A stretch of 63,599 nucleotides of DNA, filler included. It is 7 parts of 7 records of this genome, joined end to end, with 100 filler letters (N's around TTAATTAATTAA, not from the genome) between each part and the next. Parts side by side here need not be neighbours in the genome. Positions count along the whole stretch, not along the records: positions 55,225 to 63,599 come from SRR31147125_30348; 6 more parts are not named here. One strand, 5' to 3'. The translations under genes were made by a program, and so were the position numbers. Position 1 is the stretch's first letter; each line of letters opens with the position of its first letter. The notes below the pieces were generated by a model that ran no database searches, had not been told where the DNA came from, and was given only the letters and a program-made list of their open reading frames with translations. This document shows, piece by piece, positions 63,598-63,599 of this stretch.

Positions 63598-63599
63598 AA

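Overview
This window is not one locus. It is seven unrelated contigs joined by identical 100-nt linkers (N44-TTAATTAATTAA-N44), so gene context is valid only within a contig. Taxon labels below are inferred from gene content and composition. (1) 1-13072: AT-rich, Bacteroidota-like surface-polysaccharide locus with an acyl-group module (FrhB-like Fe-S/LbH acyltransferase fusion, ACP, SDR, KAS III, MBL hydrolase), MBOAT plus SGNH-like partner, acyltransferase-3, Wzx, pyruvyl-transferase family and GT2. (2) 13173-21317: Firmicutes-like sugar ABC transporter, nucleoside hydrolase and long ADP-ribosylglycohydrolase-family gene, then a KdgK-like kinase and gnd. (3) 21418-31161: Desulfobacterota-like, with a PldB-type hydrolase, an RpiR regulator divergent from a 1633-aa GlmS-like amidotransferase, and a hybrid kinase with an internal deletion. 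(4) 31262-38263: AT-rich diderm with modBCD, DUF1294, MipA/OmpV, DUF4349 and tkt. (5) 38364-47539: Bacteroidota sucAB plus a LytS/LytTR, beta-barrel, DUF4270-like and Kelch cluster. (6) 47640-55124: Desulfobacterota-like alaS, orphan yejB-like permease, two LivK-like binding proteins and a hybrid kinase. (7) 55225-63599: Bacteroidota ftsQ-ftsA-ftsZ-ftsZ, yqeY, isochorismatase, porQ, a 21-bp tandem array, cmk and ispH. About 13 small frameshifts, mostly in homopolymer runs and including essential genes, look like sequencing errors. Best leads: the giant GlmS-like enzyme whose catalytic His motif appears moved to an extra C-terminal SIS-like region; tandem ftsZ paralogues, one ending in an FtsA/MinD-like amphipathic helix; and the 21-bp array. 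No rRNA, tRNA, CRISPR array or transposase was recognised.
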